Assembly: GCA_964252035.1 (NCBI GenBank)
Contig: OZ176207.1
Reading direction: 5' to 3' (one strand)
Source: Podarcis erhardii
Taxonomy: Eukaryota
DNA: 64,000 nt
The notes beneath the pieces were generated by a model. The model worked only from the letters and a program-made list of their open reading frames with translations, was not told the origin of the DNA and did no database searches. Shown here one piece after another: positions 37,839 to 51,408 of the stretch. The number at the start of each line of letters is the position of its first letter. The first letter of the stretch is position 1. The position numbers were made by a program, and so were the translations under genes.

Positions 37839-39904
37839 CTAAATACAAGAAAGAAAAGTTACCTCATATTCTCAACGTTAACAATGTCTTCATTTCATTG
37901 GCAGTCATTTCTGAAATTTGAATAGAATTTATAATCTAGTTTTTTTAAAAAAAAAGCAACCATGGATAAAATATTGCACAAACAGTTGGTTTTTAAAAGA
38001 GGCAATTTAATAAATATTTGTAATTTAAAATAATTGCCAAATGGCATCTTAAAGCCAAAGCCTCACGCAATCAATTCACTTGTTTGCATGCCTGTTGGAT
38101 GGTATCTCTCAGCACAGAGATAACTGAAATGAACTTCACTTATGAATGTTCTGGGCACAATTCTATATTCCAAGTTTGAAAGAGAAAGAGGGGGTGACAT
38201 TACAAAGCTATCTTGTAAGACATATGATGCAGCAAGGGGCAGAGGCATTTGGGCAGAGGCCAGGAGACTGACATACAGCTGAGAGTAGAGAAGCAGAGGG
38301 AAAGGCTATGGAGGATGCTGAGAGGGTTAGTTTATTCTGAGTTTGGGAGGAAACAGGAACCTGTATAAGAAATATACGTAGAAAGGAACTTGGGAAGAAA
38401 GATGGGAAATTTGGTCTTAGGCATACTAAATTTCACATGGTAATGGAATATGTAAGCAGAATTATCTGACAGGCTGTCTATCAAATACTGTGACTTATGT
38501 ATGCTTAGCTCTATGAGTGAACACCAGAGAAAATTCCTTTTGTCTCCATTCCCACATTTCAACCATTTACAAATCCTAATGATGGTAAAGTTTTACATTG
38601 AGATTTTACTGCAAGTCAATGTAATTTATGCAATTTAGTGTCATTCTTCTTTTGTAAACATAGGACAGATAAAGAAATCCTCAGATTACAGGTTAGAGAA
38701 CAAAGATCAGAACTAAACTACTGAGGCTCTTCTAACACATTTTCTGGAAAATAATTTTCCTGAAAATGCAAGGTTTCTAGTGACTGAACAAATTACGTCT
38801 TCTTAAAAAGTGCAAAGTCCTCACATTTTACTCTGCTAGCAAGAAGCCTATTGGATTTTTACTTTACAAACTGTAACCCCTAATGAGCTGAATGAAACTT
38901 TTGATCTGCTGGCACTTTTATAGCATCTGTTTTTAGTTACAGGCTATATCTTAAAAGTGATTATTATTTTAAGGATGTGATTGTTGCAGATGATATGAAT
39001 GCAAGCATAGCCTGAAGTGGTAGCCATCTAGTCTTTGGGCTGGGGAAAGATAAGCTGGCAAGCCGTGTAGATGGCCTTGTCATATTACATATTTGTTTGT
39101 CACTTAAATGGTTCCTTTTTTATTTATAAAAAGTTAAGACTATAAGTTGGTGTAATGGTATGCGAGTAGTAATGCGTTTTGTAGAAAGCTTGTTATGGAG
39201 TTCTAGCAGGAGGCATTTCCCTTATCACCAACCTAATATGGAATTCACACAGAAAATATACCAAAGAACCAGAAATTAATTACACATAAAACTTTTAAAA
39301 AACAACAACCCTGGGTGTAGATGAAAAGCACTTTCACTAGTACTCTGTTTAGAACATTGTAAAAGTTTATCTGTATGTTTGGTTATTAACTATTTCATGC
39401 ACTGATATTTGAGAGCACAGTACAAGTATTGTTTTCAGATGTGATTGGGTCTTGTGTTTCCATTTGTTGTTGTAAAAGAAGACTCATATTGGCAGACATT
39501 TACTAGAAACAGGGACTTTTCAGTTGTGGGGCCAACCTTTAGCATACCCTCCCAAGAGAGGCCCACTAAAGTCAGATCTAGATGCAAAGTCAAGCACAAG
39601 ATCTTTCCAACAACTTCTGGGTTCAACTGAAATTGTTTCTCTTTTGTTTTAGCTCTGCTTTTATTTTGGTTTGCTCTTGTCCATTTTTTTCCTTTGGCTA
39701 TCAATTCTAGGTTTCTTGTTACCTATGTTTGCCCTCTTCTTTTTTTCCTCTGCTAGCTCTTGTGTGAGATTTAAATGTTAGAAAATAAGAACCAGTTGGA
39801 TCAGTTCTAAGGCCCAAAGTCCAGCATTTTCTTCTCACAGTGGCCAAGCAGATGCTTATGGGAATTCTGTAAGCAGAACCTTAGCACAACAGCACTCTCC
39901 TCGT

Positions 39905-40056
39905 CACAGGGGAATGGTCTCCCTTGGGAGGTGGTGGACTGTATTTCCTTGGAGGTTTTAAAGCAGAGATTGGATGGCCAAATGTCTTGGATGCTTTAGC
40001 TGAGATTCCTGCATTGCAGGTGGTTGGACTAGACAGACAACTCTATGATTCTATGA
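39905..40056 (+). mobile_element. CR1 LINE 3' end
   Basis: ccttggaggttttaaagcagagattggatggcca ... ctctatgattctatga. Confidence 0.75.
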
Positions 40057-40143
40057 CTTGTAACTGCTTAAAAATGTTTATGTAAGCTGCTTTGGGAACT
40101 CTGTTGGCTAATAAGCAGGATAACAAGTTTATTTAATATTTAC

Positions 40144-40419
40144 CTAGTGATGATGATCTTTTAGATGAAACTTTAAACTGGTTGTTGCTTGACTGTACTG
40201 TGGTAGCAGTGCATGAAACTGAAGAGGTTGCTGAAGATGTTGCCATCACTACTTTTTTAGTGTCCATAAAAGACGCATCTTGACAATGATACAGACATTT
40301 TTTCTTTAAAATATTTTCCCTCTTTTTGCTCTCAGTTATTACCATTCCTTCATTTCTAGATGTTACGGGAAGTATATTAGGTATCAGTTCTGAAAGAGCT
40401 GCTGCTGCTGCAGCACTTC
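40144..40419 (-). CDS. FAM193A: FAM193A exon (G)SAAAAAALSELIP...VVMATSSATSSVSCTATTVQSSN...SSL
   Basis: atttaaag| ... G|gtaaat, 276 bp, phase 1-1; VVMATSSATSSVSCTATTVQSS is identical to the recalled human sequence. Confidence 0.92.
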
Positions 40420-40503
40420 CTTTAAATTGAAGAAAGAGACAAACTAGTTCAGTTGTTTAGCATTATTAACATTGCATTAATGTCACCTAAATGGGTATAG
40501 GGC

Positions 40504-40531
40504 GACACACACACACACACACACACACACA
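40504..40531. repeat. (CA)n microsatellite
   Basis: About 13 CA units. Confidence 0.9.
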
Positions 40532-41708
40532 CTTTAAATACCGCTCTAAGCCCAGCGGTCTCAGAGTGGTTCACAGAGTATGTCTGGGATGAATGAAAGC
40601 TAAAGACTTCTTATGCTATCAGCTGTAACACAGATATGTATAATCAGAAATATGTTTAGAATTGGTATTATTCCGTTTAAAACTTTCATTGTAATCTCAA
40701 AAGCAATTTCAGGTTAATAGTTTTATACACAGAACCACTATCCAAAACCTCTTTTGGTATTTACAAAAAGTGTAAACCATCCCAAGGCAGTAATAAAATT
40801 CATTATATCATAAACCATTAAACTACAATCTATAAAGCACTAAAACATTTAAAAATATGATAGCAGAGCATTTATTGGAGGGCTGTGCTATTCTTATTAA
40901 AGAACCGTGATGCAACATATTTATATATTAAAGAACTTTTTAAAAAATGTACATGAGGTAAGAAGCAAACTATAGCCGGAATCCCTGTCTTTGATGCTGG
41001 TTTGTTTTATTCAACACCTTCAGCCAGAAGTGCAGGTAAAACAAACGCATTAGGAATATATTGCATTTTGATGTGGAACCTGAGTTCTTCCCCATCTCAA
41101 AAAAACAAAGAAGTTCAGGCTATAAGTACTGTTGCTTATGCAGTTAAAACAGCAGAACCCATGCACAAAAGAGAGGAATCAACAGGCTTAGGGAAACCTT
41201 AACGTGTGCAGAACTACAAAAATATTTTAGGACAAAGAAACCCCAGCAGCCCAATGAGAACTGAGCATGCTCAGCGGCCATAGAATGATGGCTGACTGGG
41301 GAACGGGAACAGAATAGGGGTGGAATACAGGAGCTACAATACAACATTTTGCAGGTCCACTAGTTTTACTATACAAGCAGCGACAATTTCACATGGGGGT
41401 TCTGTTTCCGGCCCCTGCAAGCGGTAGTGGAGTGCACCTTGTCCTGCCCCCCCCATTACTTCTGGGTCAACAAGGACCCACACGTCAGCAATCACACCCA
41501 AAGAGTGATTGCTGAGGCCCAAAGATTTCTGACAATACTAGTGCATTTGTAAATATCACAAATCAAATGGGTACCTGTATTTGATCCCTCTTTCCCTCCT
41601 ATTGTCCCAATTGGAATCAGACAGTAAATCTAATTCAGTCAAGGGCCTTACTAGAACATCCAGAATCAAATTGCCGCTTTTCAGAGTAAAGCAGAATTAT
41701 ACTCTCAC

Positions 41709-41895
41709 CAGGAAGTTCCTCTTGTAAAGAGGTGGAGGCATTCCAGTTTTTCTCATTCATGACTTCCGATTCCCAGATGCTTAAAAATTTAGAACTCTTC
41801 CAGTCTGTGGTACTTCCAAAACCATTTGGATAGATATTATCTTGGAATGGTGTACTGAGTGCTTGCTGATTGTTTCCATTATTCTGAACCAGGGC
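41709..41895 (-). CDS. FAM193A: FAM193A exon ALVQNNGNNQQ...WESEVMNEKNWNASTSLQEELP
   Basis: cttgttgtag| ... G|gtgaga, 187 bp, phase 0-1. Confidence 0.9.
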
Positions 41896-43475
41896 CTACA
41901 ACAAGAGTACTTTCTAATTAGTCTTCTGCTTGTTTGCATCCACTCCAAAATTATTAGTCACATACAAGGGAAAATGATGCACTGAGTCACGTTGCTCTGA
42001 AAATACCATTATACAACAACTGCATTCAGACATCATGCTATGCCACAGTTTATAATGACCAGAATGAGCCTATGCAGTCCTTGGGCTCATGAGCCTTCCC
42101 TCTAGCATGACAACAAGGTGTTTGAAAGCATTTCCTTGCTTGCTTGCCTTCAGTTTCTTGTTTCATAGCCTAAAGTCTTCCTCATTACCATGATTTACTA
42201 TTACATTTCAGTTCAATCTCTATATAGTCAGTAGAGCACAGGGCCATAGCTGCAGCCCACTTGTAGCTATAGGATGGAAGGAAAACACAGAATGAGGTCA
42301 CCTGAACTGATGAGGCTCAGCTCTGTATCTTCTTTTCATCAAATACAGATAAAGTGATGGATGTGCTGAACTGATTCTACAATGTTGGAATGTACTCTGA
42401 GGTGTTGAACAAGAGCTTCAGCTGTCATGTATAACTTTCTGTTTGGTGGCCCCAGGGATTCAAATTAGCACCTGTGGTTGATATTGAAGGAATTTAACAG
42501 CAGGATTGCGGAGCTGGAGTCCTACCAGCTGCAAAGAAGACCAAGCTAAGAAAACCTGCTAAGCAGATTCCTGGGGGATATGTAATGATGACACCAATTA
42601 CCATTGGATAAGACTGCCTGTTCCATTCAAATAGGCTAGCACAGTGGTCACCAATGTGGTGCCTGCAGGACCCAGTGTGCCCACTGTACCTCTTATGGTG
42701 CCCACAGAAGGTCCAGCCCTTAAAAATCCACAATGCATGAGAGACTGTTTGCTCTTCCTACTCACTTCCTCTTTGCACCAGCTTGGCCTCTCATACATTG
42801 AACATACCCACACTTAACGGAAGGCTAATGCTGAACATTTCCCTTCCCTTCTGAAGAGAGGAGATAGAAAGCTCTTATTTCTATGGCAAATAACAGTAAT
42901 GGCTGCTGTAGGTGCCTTTTTTAAAAATGGGGGCACACCCATGCTTTTTGTGGCCATGTCTCTTTTTCTGCTCTTTTAGATATGGCAGCTGTTTTGTGAC
43001 TGATATCCATGGTGCTTTTGGAAATGTGAAACATGGCATGAAAATGTTAGTGACACACACATGCACCTGGGCTAGAGAGAGCAAGGAATGATCAATGATG
43101 GGATATCCCCAGGATCACAATGTTCTCACAGACAAAAGGATCACCTACTTTCCCCATCTTTCTATATGATTTTCAGTTGGCTACATGTGTTTATTGTATT
43201 GTATTGTATTGTATATGCAGGCATGAATGCATTTTTTAAAGAACATTTTGTAAGGAAAATATAATTGTAGCATTCTTAAATAGTAATGGTAACCTTAATA
43301 TAAAACTAATGTTTTATTAATTTCTTAATGTTTTAGTTATTCATTCATAGCTTAATGTGTCTCTGGGATTAAAAAACTTCAAGTACCTGATTTTTGTAAA
43401 ACTGACAATTTCTCATCTAATGGCTACTGTTTCCTTGGTAGTGACATTTGATAACACCAGTTCAATGACTTAGCA

Positions 43476-44227
43476 CAGTGGTTTTCAACCAGTGTGTCGC
43501 GGCACCTGGGGGTACCTTGAATGATGGTTGGGGGGGGATGCTGCAGGCAACACCGGCCTCTTTCTTGCACAGCTCTTTGTTGCAGCAGTCCTGGCTATAA
43601 GCTTCCCTGGAAAAACGTGTCTCTGGGGCTGGCCAGGGGGTACTGGTAACCAGGAGCTGAGGCAGCCTTGGAGTAAGCAAGCAAGCAGGCAGGAGAGGGT
43701 GCCCACTCACCCAGTCCAACAGCCCTTTCTTTGGAGTGGACAGGCCAGGAGTGGGAGGCCAGGCAGGCAGGCACTGCACTGACCTTTCTTGTGCTTGCTG
43801 TGTGCAAGGTCTGTGAGAGTTGAGTGCTCGGTGCTGAAGGGGAACCTTTCCGCTATGCTGGCCCAGTAGTGCCCACTGTTGCCTCCCATGCTAAGGTGCT
43901 GTCCTCATGTTCAACTTTGGCCAGTCTCCGTTGGGCCACCAAGCCTGGGGGCACCTTTTCCCAGGCCCTTGTGGAGCAGTGTGAGGAGGCACCACTCTTT
44001 GGGGGGTGGCAGAGGCTCAGAGACCAGAGGCAGCAGCAGTGGCTGCCCAGAGGGAGAGGAGGCTGAAGGAAGACTCCACAAGGGAGAGTGTTTGAAAAAA
44101 GATGAGAGGCTGCCAGCTCTACAGGCAAGTGATTACATAACTGGGCTCCTGAGCCCCACAGGGCTGCCACAGAATGAATGTAGTTGGTCAATGGAGCTGT
44201 GGACTCAATAAAGGTTGAAAAGCTCTG
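43476..44227. mobile_element. hAT-like non-autonomous element
   Basis: TIRs cagtggttttcaacc / ggttgaaaagctctg; degenerate 8-bp TSD acttagca/aactggca. Confidence 0.75.
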
Positions 44228-44300
44228 AACTGGCAAATTATTTTTAACAGATGCATGAAATATCTTGGAACCCCAAAGACTGCCACTTTGACAGACTTAC

Positions 44301-44552
44301 CTTATTTTGTGCAAAGGAGGAAGCAGTGTATAAAGAAGGATGGATTAGTGGAGGAGGTAAGTGAGGAATAGTATGAAGTGGTATTTGTCCATGGATATGA
44401 GGATAAAGATGAAGAGCAGGATGGGCAGGTTTTTCTGGCATCCTAAATTGATGCCCAGCAGGAAGACATTTCACTTCAGTGTCTGAAGAAGAGGGGCCTG
44501 AGATTTCCTGTTTACAGACATGGCACTCACAACAAGCTGGTTCTTGATCAAT
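44301..44552 (-). CDS. FAM193A: FAM193A exon IDQEPACCECHVCKQE...PAHPALHLYPHIHG...AQNK
   Basis: tttatagcag| (NAGNAG) ... AAG|gtaagt, 252 bp, phase 0-0; CECHVCKQE and HPALHLYPHIHG motifs. Confidence 0.92.
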
Positions 44553-46713
44553 CTGCTATAAATGAAAGGAGGGTATAAAAGGTAAACCACACTGCAAAAT
44601 TAGAGAAACATTTCATTTATTTTTTGGAAACAATTATCTTAGATGCAATCTATTGTTTTAGAAAATGGCAATAATGACACCTCTCAAATATATAAAATAC
44701 AATAAGCTTAACAATAACAAGCTTAAAACCACCTTAATTGTTTCTGTTATAAACTGTGTGTCAATGTATTCACATACTGACTTGTACCAGGGTGTTTTTT
44801 TCAGTGGGAACTCACCGAAACTGTTCCGTCACCACTTTATCTAGAAACAAAGCTTTGTTTATACCTTCTAGCACTTGAAATACATCTTACTTTCAGACCC
44901 TGGCAGTCCACTTCCTTACCTGAAAATTACATTAATGCTATGGTCCAATGCTTACCCTGAAGTATCTCCCATTGAGTTCAATGGCACTCCCATTAATTTA
45001 GGATTGAAACCTAAGGCTTTACTAGTATTAAATAACATAGGCTTGGAATTCCATTCTTGAGCTTTACAGCATTAATTCTTCTAGATATCAATAACATCAG
45101 GTGGGGGGGAGTAGAGGATGTTGGTGCAACTAGACAACCTTTACTTCTAAACTTCTGTCTAGTTGCTTCCCCTTACTGGGTGGGGAGGCCCAAAAAAGTG
45201 TGGGATAATCAGTCTCACATAGCCAACATGCTTAAGTCTAATTAATGCATGAAGAGTTAAGACCATAAGAGTAAGCTGTTCTGCCAGGCTTAGTGAGGTC
45301 ACTCCTGCTTACCTTGTCAAGCTCTTTTTTCTCCCACTTTCTCACATTCTACCATGTGAACCCTACCAGGAAGGAGGTCTGGACTAGTTGCTCCAAGCCA
45401 AGATCACATGGCTTAAGGATCTATCTTAGTGTTTCTATACAAATAATTTAGAAACATTTACCACTTTGGAACCTAAGTTTTACTGTCTGTCTTTTATAAG
45501 TGCTGTATGAAAAAGCACATGAATCTGATCTTTGAAAAAATTGTAAGTAAAGCATTTTAAACTTATAAAAGTTTAAACTTACTAATGTGCGATCTCTTTC
45601 TATGCTAAGGGAGGTGGGGAATTTTGGAAGCAACTTAGATGGGGATGTTTTAATGGTCTAACAGCCTAAATTTCCAAACTTTACACTGCCACACATTTTG
45701 TGTTTTTAATGCTCTGCTGTGGTTCTCTTGCCAAACCTGGTTCTAGGCATCCAGGAATTCTCTTTTTATTTTACCTAATTTTTCTTTCTCAACCAACAAG
45801 AAGGTGCTCTGAAGAAGATCCAAAGGTCCAAAGAGGTATATACAGGAGGAAGTGAACCTTCCAAGTAACAGGTTGTAAGCTCTTTTAGGTTTTAAATGTT
45901 AATACAACACTTTAAACAGGCCAAGAAACAGAATGACAGCCAGGCCAGATGAAATAGTACTGGTGTGATACAGTCATATCAGCACAACCCTATTATAACT
46001 CTAACACTACACGGATAATGATTGTACAAAAGCTTCAAGAGGGTGTAAGAAATAGAAAGGCAAATATTAAGGGTGCATGGATTATGATTACATCAAAACC
46101 AGAGATTGGTCTGCTATAATATATGAAAAGAAATCCTTCTGCAATCACATTAGGACAGTTCAAAGGAGGAACTGGGGGAGCACAGATGTTGATATTGACA
46201 GCCAGCTGTGGAAACCCTGGAACACACAGTGCTGTAGTGCAGTATATGTAGTTGTCCATGTCCATAGTGAAGTGGTTGGGGAACAAAGGGGATTTGGAGG
46301 GACAGCGGGGTAGAGGACAGGCTGGTCTTTCTGCTCGAAAACCAGACACCATAGGATCATATTTTATCTAGCCAGATTCCTAGTTGCAGTTCTGTCTATT
46401 AAAAAGGAAGGGGCTAAATTTCATATGGCTGACTACCACAATGATTTAAAACACTGAAAGTCTGGAGTGGGAACAGGGGTGGAGGAGCCAGAAAATGAGT
46501 GATTGCTAACTTTGGGTGAAAATATCAAATTAAATTATAAATATACAGCTATGTGCAGCATTTCACTATTTTGTAATGTGATATTATTTATTAGTACTGC
46601 TGTGATTTCTCTCTTTTTTTGAACAATTTATCATTGGCTAACTAAAAAGAAATCCAGAAGAACATTGTTTCAGGGTTCATATACATTACTCTTAAGAACT
46701 AAATGTGATTTAC

Positions 46714-46896
46714 CTGCTGAATAGAGTATGATGACAAAGAACTGTCCGTTTTCGCTTCATCCTTCCTTCGCACATTAGTTCCAAGCATTAAATCCCCTTC
46801 TTGAGCCCTTGGTAAATTACCACCATTCTCTTCATCTGCTTCTTCAGCATCTGCTACTGATGAACTGCTACTAGTGTTACTACTCTGCTGGGGAGA
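46714..46896 (-). CDS. FAM193A: FAM193A exon SPQQSSNTSSSSSVADAEEADEE...SYSIQQ
   Basis: tatttatcag| ... CAG|gtaaat, 183 bp, phase 0-0. Confidence 0.9.
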
Positions 46897-47052
46897 CTGA
46901 TAAATAGTTTAGGTTTAATATGATTTTAAATTACATCTGAATTGCTTTATGATTCTACTATATGTGTCCACCACCCTGGGACCCCACAAGATGAACAGTG
47001 GTATATAAATGTAAATAATAGATGTATAAAATGTATTTCAAAATTACAGTAC

Positions 47053-47203
47053 CTCAGCCTTTAATGCCATGTTTTTGACTCCATCAGTTAACAGTCTGTG
47101 GATCCCATTCATGTTTCTGACAGCCTCAGCATTATCGTAGTGATTAATACAATAAATATCAGGTTTTTCTGATACTGCTGAAATATCTTCATTTTCAGTA
47201 TTA
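47053..47203 (-). CDS. FAM193A: FAM193A exon (F)NTENEDIS...NMNGIHRLLTDGVKNMALKAE
   Basis: cttttcttcacag| ... GAG|gtactg, 151 bp, phase 2-0. Confidence 0.9.
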
Positions 47204-47989
47204 CTGTGAAGAAAAGTGGGTTTTTTTTGTACATGCTAAGTAGGTCAAGCAATAGAGAACATTGAAAAGAAAGTAAAATGCAATTTCCATTGGTTTTGAA
47301 TATGTAATTTTCTTCTAGAAATAGGGGTTGGGTGTTTGTTATTTTAATACCATTTCACTGGAATTTGTAACAGAAATAAAAGCTCTGGGTGCAAATCCAA
47401 ATATAGACGGCATGTAAGGCATTTCCAGATTTTTCATTTTAAAAAGATGCTATACTGCATTTTAGCCCTAAAAGCATTGATTCAAAGACATGATACATCC
47501 TAAAAGCATAATGGATAGCTTTGCTGTGGGAAAAAGGGTTAATTCTGATATCATCATTGTCACTCCCCTTGTACTTGAGTGCCAGTGAAGCAAATTGCTA
47601 TGCTATGGCAGAGGACTTCCATCACAAGTGAATGGACAAGGTATGCTCAAACCCCTTGTCACTATCTCCTTGGTAGTCCAGTGTCTGAAGGCTTGTTCTT
47701 GTATGTTAATAATGAATGGGGCTTCTCCATACTTTGCCTAAAGATCAGTATGTTTCAGCTCCCAAAAAACTAAAGTAGCTCAGGAGTAAATCTGCCATTC
47801 TGCCCGCCACTTAATTATGCCAGAAGTATAGCCTATGTTTCAAATTTCATGATTCCAGGATAGTTCCAGTTTTTGGGAACAGGCTGATCATAATGGGTCT
47901 AATTACAGGTGGAAATGAATCGGCGTACAGGGGGGAGGTTCAAAAGTATCTACATGGTGCTTAGAGAATAACTTGCACCTAAATATTAG

Positions 47990-48604
47990 CAAGACAAAGG
48001 AGATGGTGTTGGACTTTCAGAGGAAGAGAGGGGAACTAGCCCCGCTGTATATCGGGGTGGGGGTGGGGGTTGTGTAGAGAGAGTCTCTTCCTTCAAATTC
48101 CTGGGAGTTTACCTTAGTGAAGACCTCACTTGGAAAAACAATATAACTCAGGTGGTTAGGAAGGCCCAACAGAGACTCCATTTCCTCAAGGTCTTGCGAA
48201 AGAACAACCACGGACAAAAAGTCTTTACAGAGGGTGGTGAACACAGCACATGATATCATGGGCTGTCCCCTGAGCCCGCTAGATGACGTCGCAAGGGATT
48301 GTTGCCTTAGGAGAGCGAGAAAAATTCCCAGGGGCGATTCACACCCCAGCCAGCACCTCTTTAATCTTCTACCCTCGGGCAGGAGATATAGAAGTATAAT
48401 CAGTCATACCAACAGACTAAAAAACAGTTTCTATCCTTGGGCTGTTAGGCTGCTGAAGGGAAAATAATATAGTGCAACTGACTTTCGGGGTTGGTGTGTT
48501 GTGCGACAAGCACACAGAGTGCAATAAGACTGAGTGTTTGTGGGGAGGCTTGGTTAACTTCATTGTGCACAGGGTGTACATTGACAATAAAGGTGCTATT
48601 ATCA
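47990..48604 (+). mobile_element. Rex1/Babar LINE 3' fragment
   Basis: DSHPSQHLFNLLPSGRRYRSIISHTNRLKNSFYPWAVRLL is the typical Rex1/Babar ORF C-terminus; caataaag near the end. Confidence 0.85.
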
Positions 48605-48906
48605 TCACAAGTTTAAAAATATACAGTATTTCTAAAGCTGGGGTCCACAAGAGCCTTAAGTGTATGTGTCAGTGTTTCTATATTAACAGCAGGGTCTCAT
48701 CTTCTTTGTCTTCTAACTTGCATTCGATGCCCTGTGCCAAGTGCTGCTCACCCTCTTCAACATCAGCACATGGAACTGCCACTGGAAAAGCAGGAAGGAC
48801 CCAGCAAATCCACTGCACACAAAGAAATTCTTTTCACTACTGTTAGATTCTGTTCTCAAAATTTCACATTTTACTATGATCAAAAGAACAACAAGGCCAC
48901 ACTTAC

Positions 48907-49155
48907 AAAGGTGATCCAGAGCTATTATCTGCAAGGATGAGTCTTTGTCTGTCTATCTGCTGGTCAGTAAAAGGAGAACTGGAACTAGACCCTGAGCTTC
49001 CAGATGATATACTTCGTAAGTGCATTTGAGAGAGATAATCGGGAGCAGAATCAATTTGAAGGGGAAGCTGGTTACTATGGACATCGCCTGTAGCTGGTGA
49101 ATCCATGATTCCACACATCAGAATATGCGAAAGGCTGCAGTCATCACAAGTACAT
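48907..49155 (-). CDS. FAM193A: FAM193A exon (R)CTCDDCSLSHILMCGIMD...SSGSP
   Basis: atgaacag| ... TT|gtaagt, 249 bp, phase 2-2. Confidence 0.93.
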
Positions 49156-49431
49156 CTGTTCATGAATTCAAAACATAATATTATCAACACCAATATTTTG
49201 TTCAATTTCATTAAATTAAATATTCACATAAAACAACCAGTGGAAAGTTTTTCCTGTGAGAAGTTTGGACAGAGTCCAAAAGCCAGGAAGATTTGTAGCA
49301 TTTCCCACAGGTGACATGAAGCAAGGCCAGAGACACAGAGCTGCAGCACAGATATGGTGACTAGCTGTTCCAGTGCAGAGGTGAAGGCAGACCTTTGTGG
49401 AAGATGGAACTGGTTCACCAAAAGTTTAAGA

Positions 49432-49637
49432 CAGAGCTTTCCAAACTTTTCATGTTGGTGACACACTTTTTAGACATGAGTCATTTTGCAACACAGTAAT
49501 TCAGTTTTACCAGCAAACCAGAGGTTAAACTAACCCCTTTCCAGCACCGGAAGGAGTGTGGGGAGCATTCACATGACACACCTACAGACTGCAGCCAACA
49601 ATCTAACGTGTCGCGACACACAACTTGGAAAGCTCTC
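49432..49637. mobile_element. hAT MITE
   Basis: cagagctttccaaactt ... aacttggaaagctctc TIRs; TSD gtttaaga/agttaaga. Confidence 0.8.
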
Positions 49638-49699
49638 AGTTAAGATTTTATTATGAAATAATATTTTACTACTATAGCTATTAAATATTATCTACTCAC

Positions 49700-49812
49700 C
49701 TGTGCCTGAAATTGCAATTAGGACAGTCAGAAATACTCAGTCTTGATGACAACAGATGTCTCATTGTGTCTGTGAAGTTGTTTTCTCCAGATATTGCTTT
49801 ACTGCCATTTAA
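49700..49812 (-). CDS. FAM193A: FAM193A exon LNGSKAISGENNFTDTMRHLLSSRLSISDCPNCNFRH
   Basis: aattctag| ... AG|gtgagt, 113 bp, phase 0-2. Confidence 0.93.
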
Positions 49813-51020
49813 CTAGAATTAGCAAGGATATATAAAAACTGTGAGCTATTTTCAGTAACATTTTAATTACTGTTGACAAAAAATAATTTTAAAACCATAA
49901 ATTCAAAATGAAATTAATAACCTGATAAAGCACAATCTGATAATATACACACTCCATCAAGTAACTCTACTAATGCCTCTTTCTGAGGCTTGCAAATTAC
50001 TACTCTGCTGGTCACCTGGGGCAAGTACTGTAGAAATTGTCCTCAGGTAATAAGGACTAATCAAGACTCATGTCTGCAGTTAGGTGAAATATGAGCCTGC
50101 TTTAAAAAAAATCAAAATCCATTACACATGTTCAGTTCAGCACTTAGTACGGATTCAGTACCAATGCATAACTGAATAATACGTTCAATTTGGCATGTTT
50201 CATAAACAACGCTATATTGCAGCTGCATTTTGTAGTCAATTGTGACTCTAAAATTGTCCACTTGATTACTTGTACTAGATTATTTACATTCAGCATGTCC
50301 TGAAACTGAAATGTTTGAATTTGTTAGGCAAGCCCTTCTTTGTATTTAAAAGAAGGTGCAGCTGCTGATCTCTTACTAAGAAAGAGACTCTCACTTTACT
50401 TGGAACTAAGTCTGAGATCAAAGGAGCCAATTTCCAAGCATATGCAGTTGAGGTCCTAGGCACGTTTACCTGAGAGTAAGTCCCAGTAGGCACAACAGAA
50501 TTTCTCCTAAGTAAATACATGATTAGGCTATATGTGTCAGTCTAAGTATGTTAGTTGTTGTTTTTTTGTATTTTATTGGGTCAGGGAAGGTAGGAGGAAA
50601 AGAGAATTGTTTCTCCGAAGTTAACTCATGACAAAAATATTTTTAGACCATCATTCATACTTTTTCTTAATCCTCTAATCCATGGATGGCCACAGCAAAA
50701 GGGATACTATTGAAGGAGGAGATATATAGAGTATATAAAATGATACTTCTTCAATAGAATCCCCCATATCTATCTATATCTGTATCTCCATTCCACACAT
50801 GTATGGGCAAAGAGGTTATTAAAAAAAGTTGTGGCCCACTAACTATTGTGGACATGTTTAAAAGGCTGCTCTTATATTAAACAAACACTAAATAAAACTC
50901 AATATTGTAGCGGTATATAGGATGTTTTTAGTTAAACTGTACAGAGGCCAAAGCTCTGAAATTCTTAATTCATATCAGTCCAAGCTTTTTTCACTACATG
51001 AAGCAGACAGAGAAGAGATA

Positions 51021-51408
51021 CAGTACTGGCCAAAATTGTGGAAACCTTTTGGAAAACGTGCATTACATTCTTCATTAAATTATTTTTACTTTGATATATA
51101 ATTTTATGGCATTACTCAAAAAAAAAAAAGTTTTTTTAAAAAAGTAGTGTTATGAGCCATCATTGCCAAAATAAGATGACACCTGATTGGCTCTCTAAAC
51201 ACTTCTTTTTCTGGTTATTTGGCTATAACTTTTGATAGAGTACAGATAATTAAACAGACTTTGTTGCATTACATTCTTCATTAAATTATCTTTCCATTGA
51301 TATATAATTTTATGGTACTACTCCACCCCAAAAAAGGTCGCGTTATGAGCCATCAAACCTCGGAAATACACTTTCTCCAAAAGGTTTCCACAATTTTGGC
51401 CACTAGTG
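51021..51408. mobile_element. Tc1-like MITE with internal duplication
   Basis: TA|cagtactggccaaaattgtggaaacctttt ... aaaaggtttccacaattttggccactagtg|TA. Confidence 0.85.
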
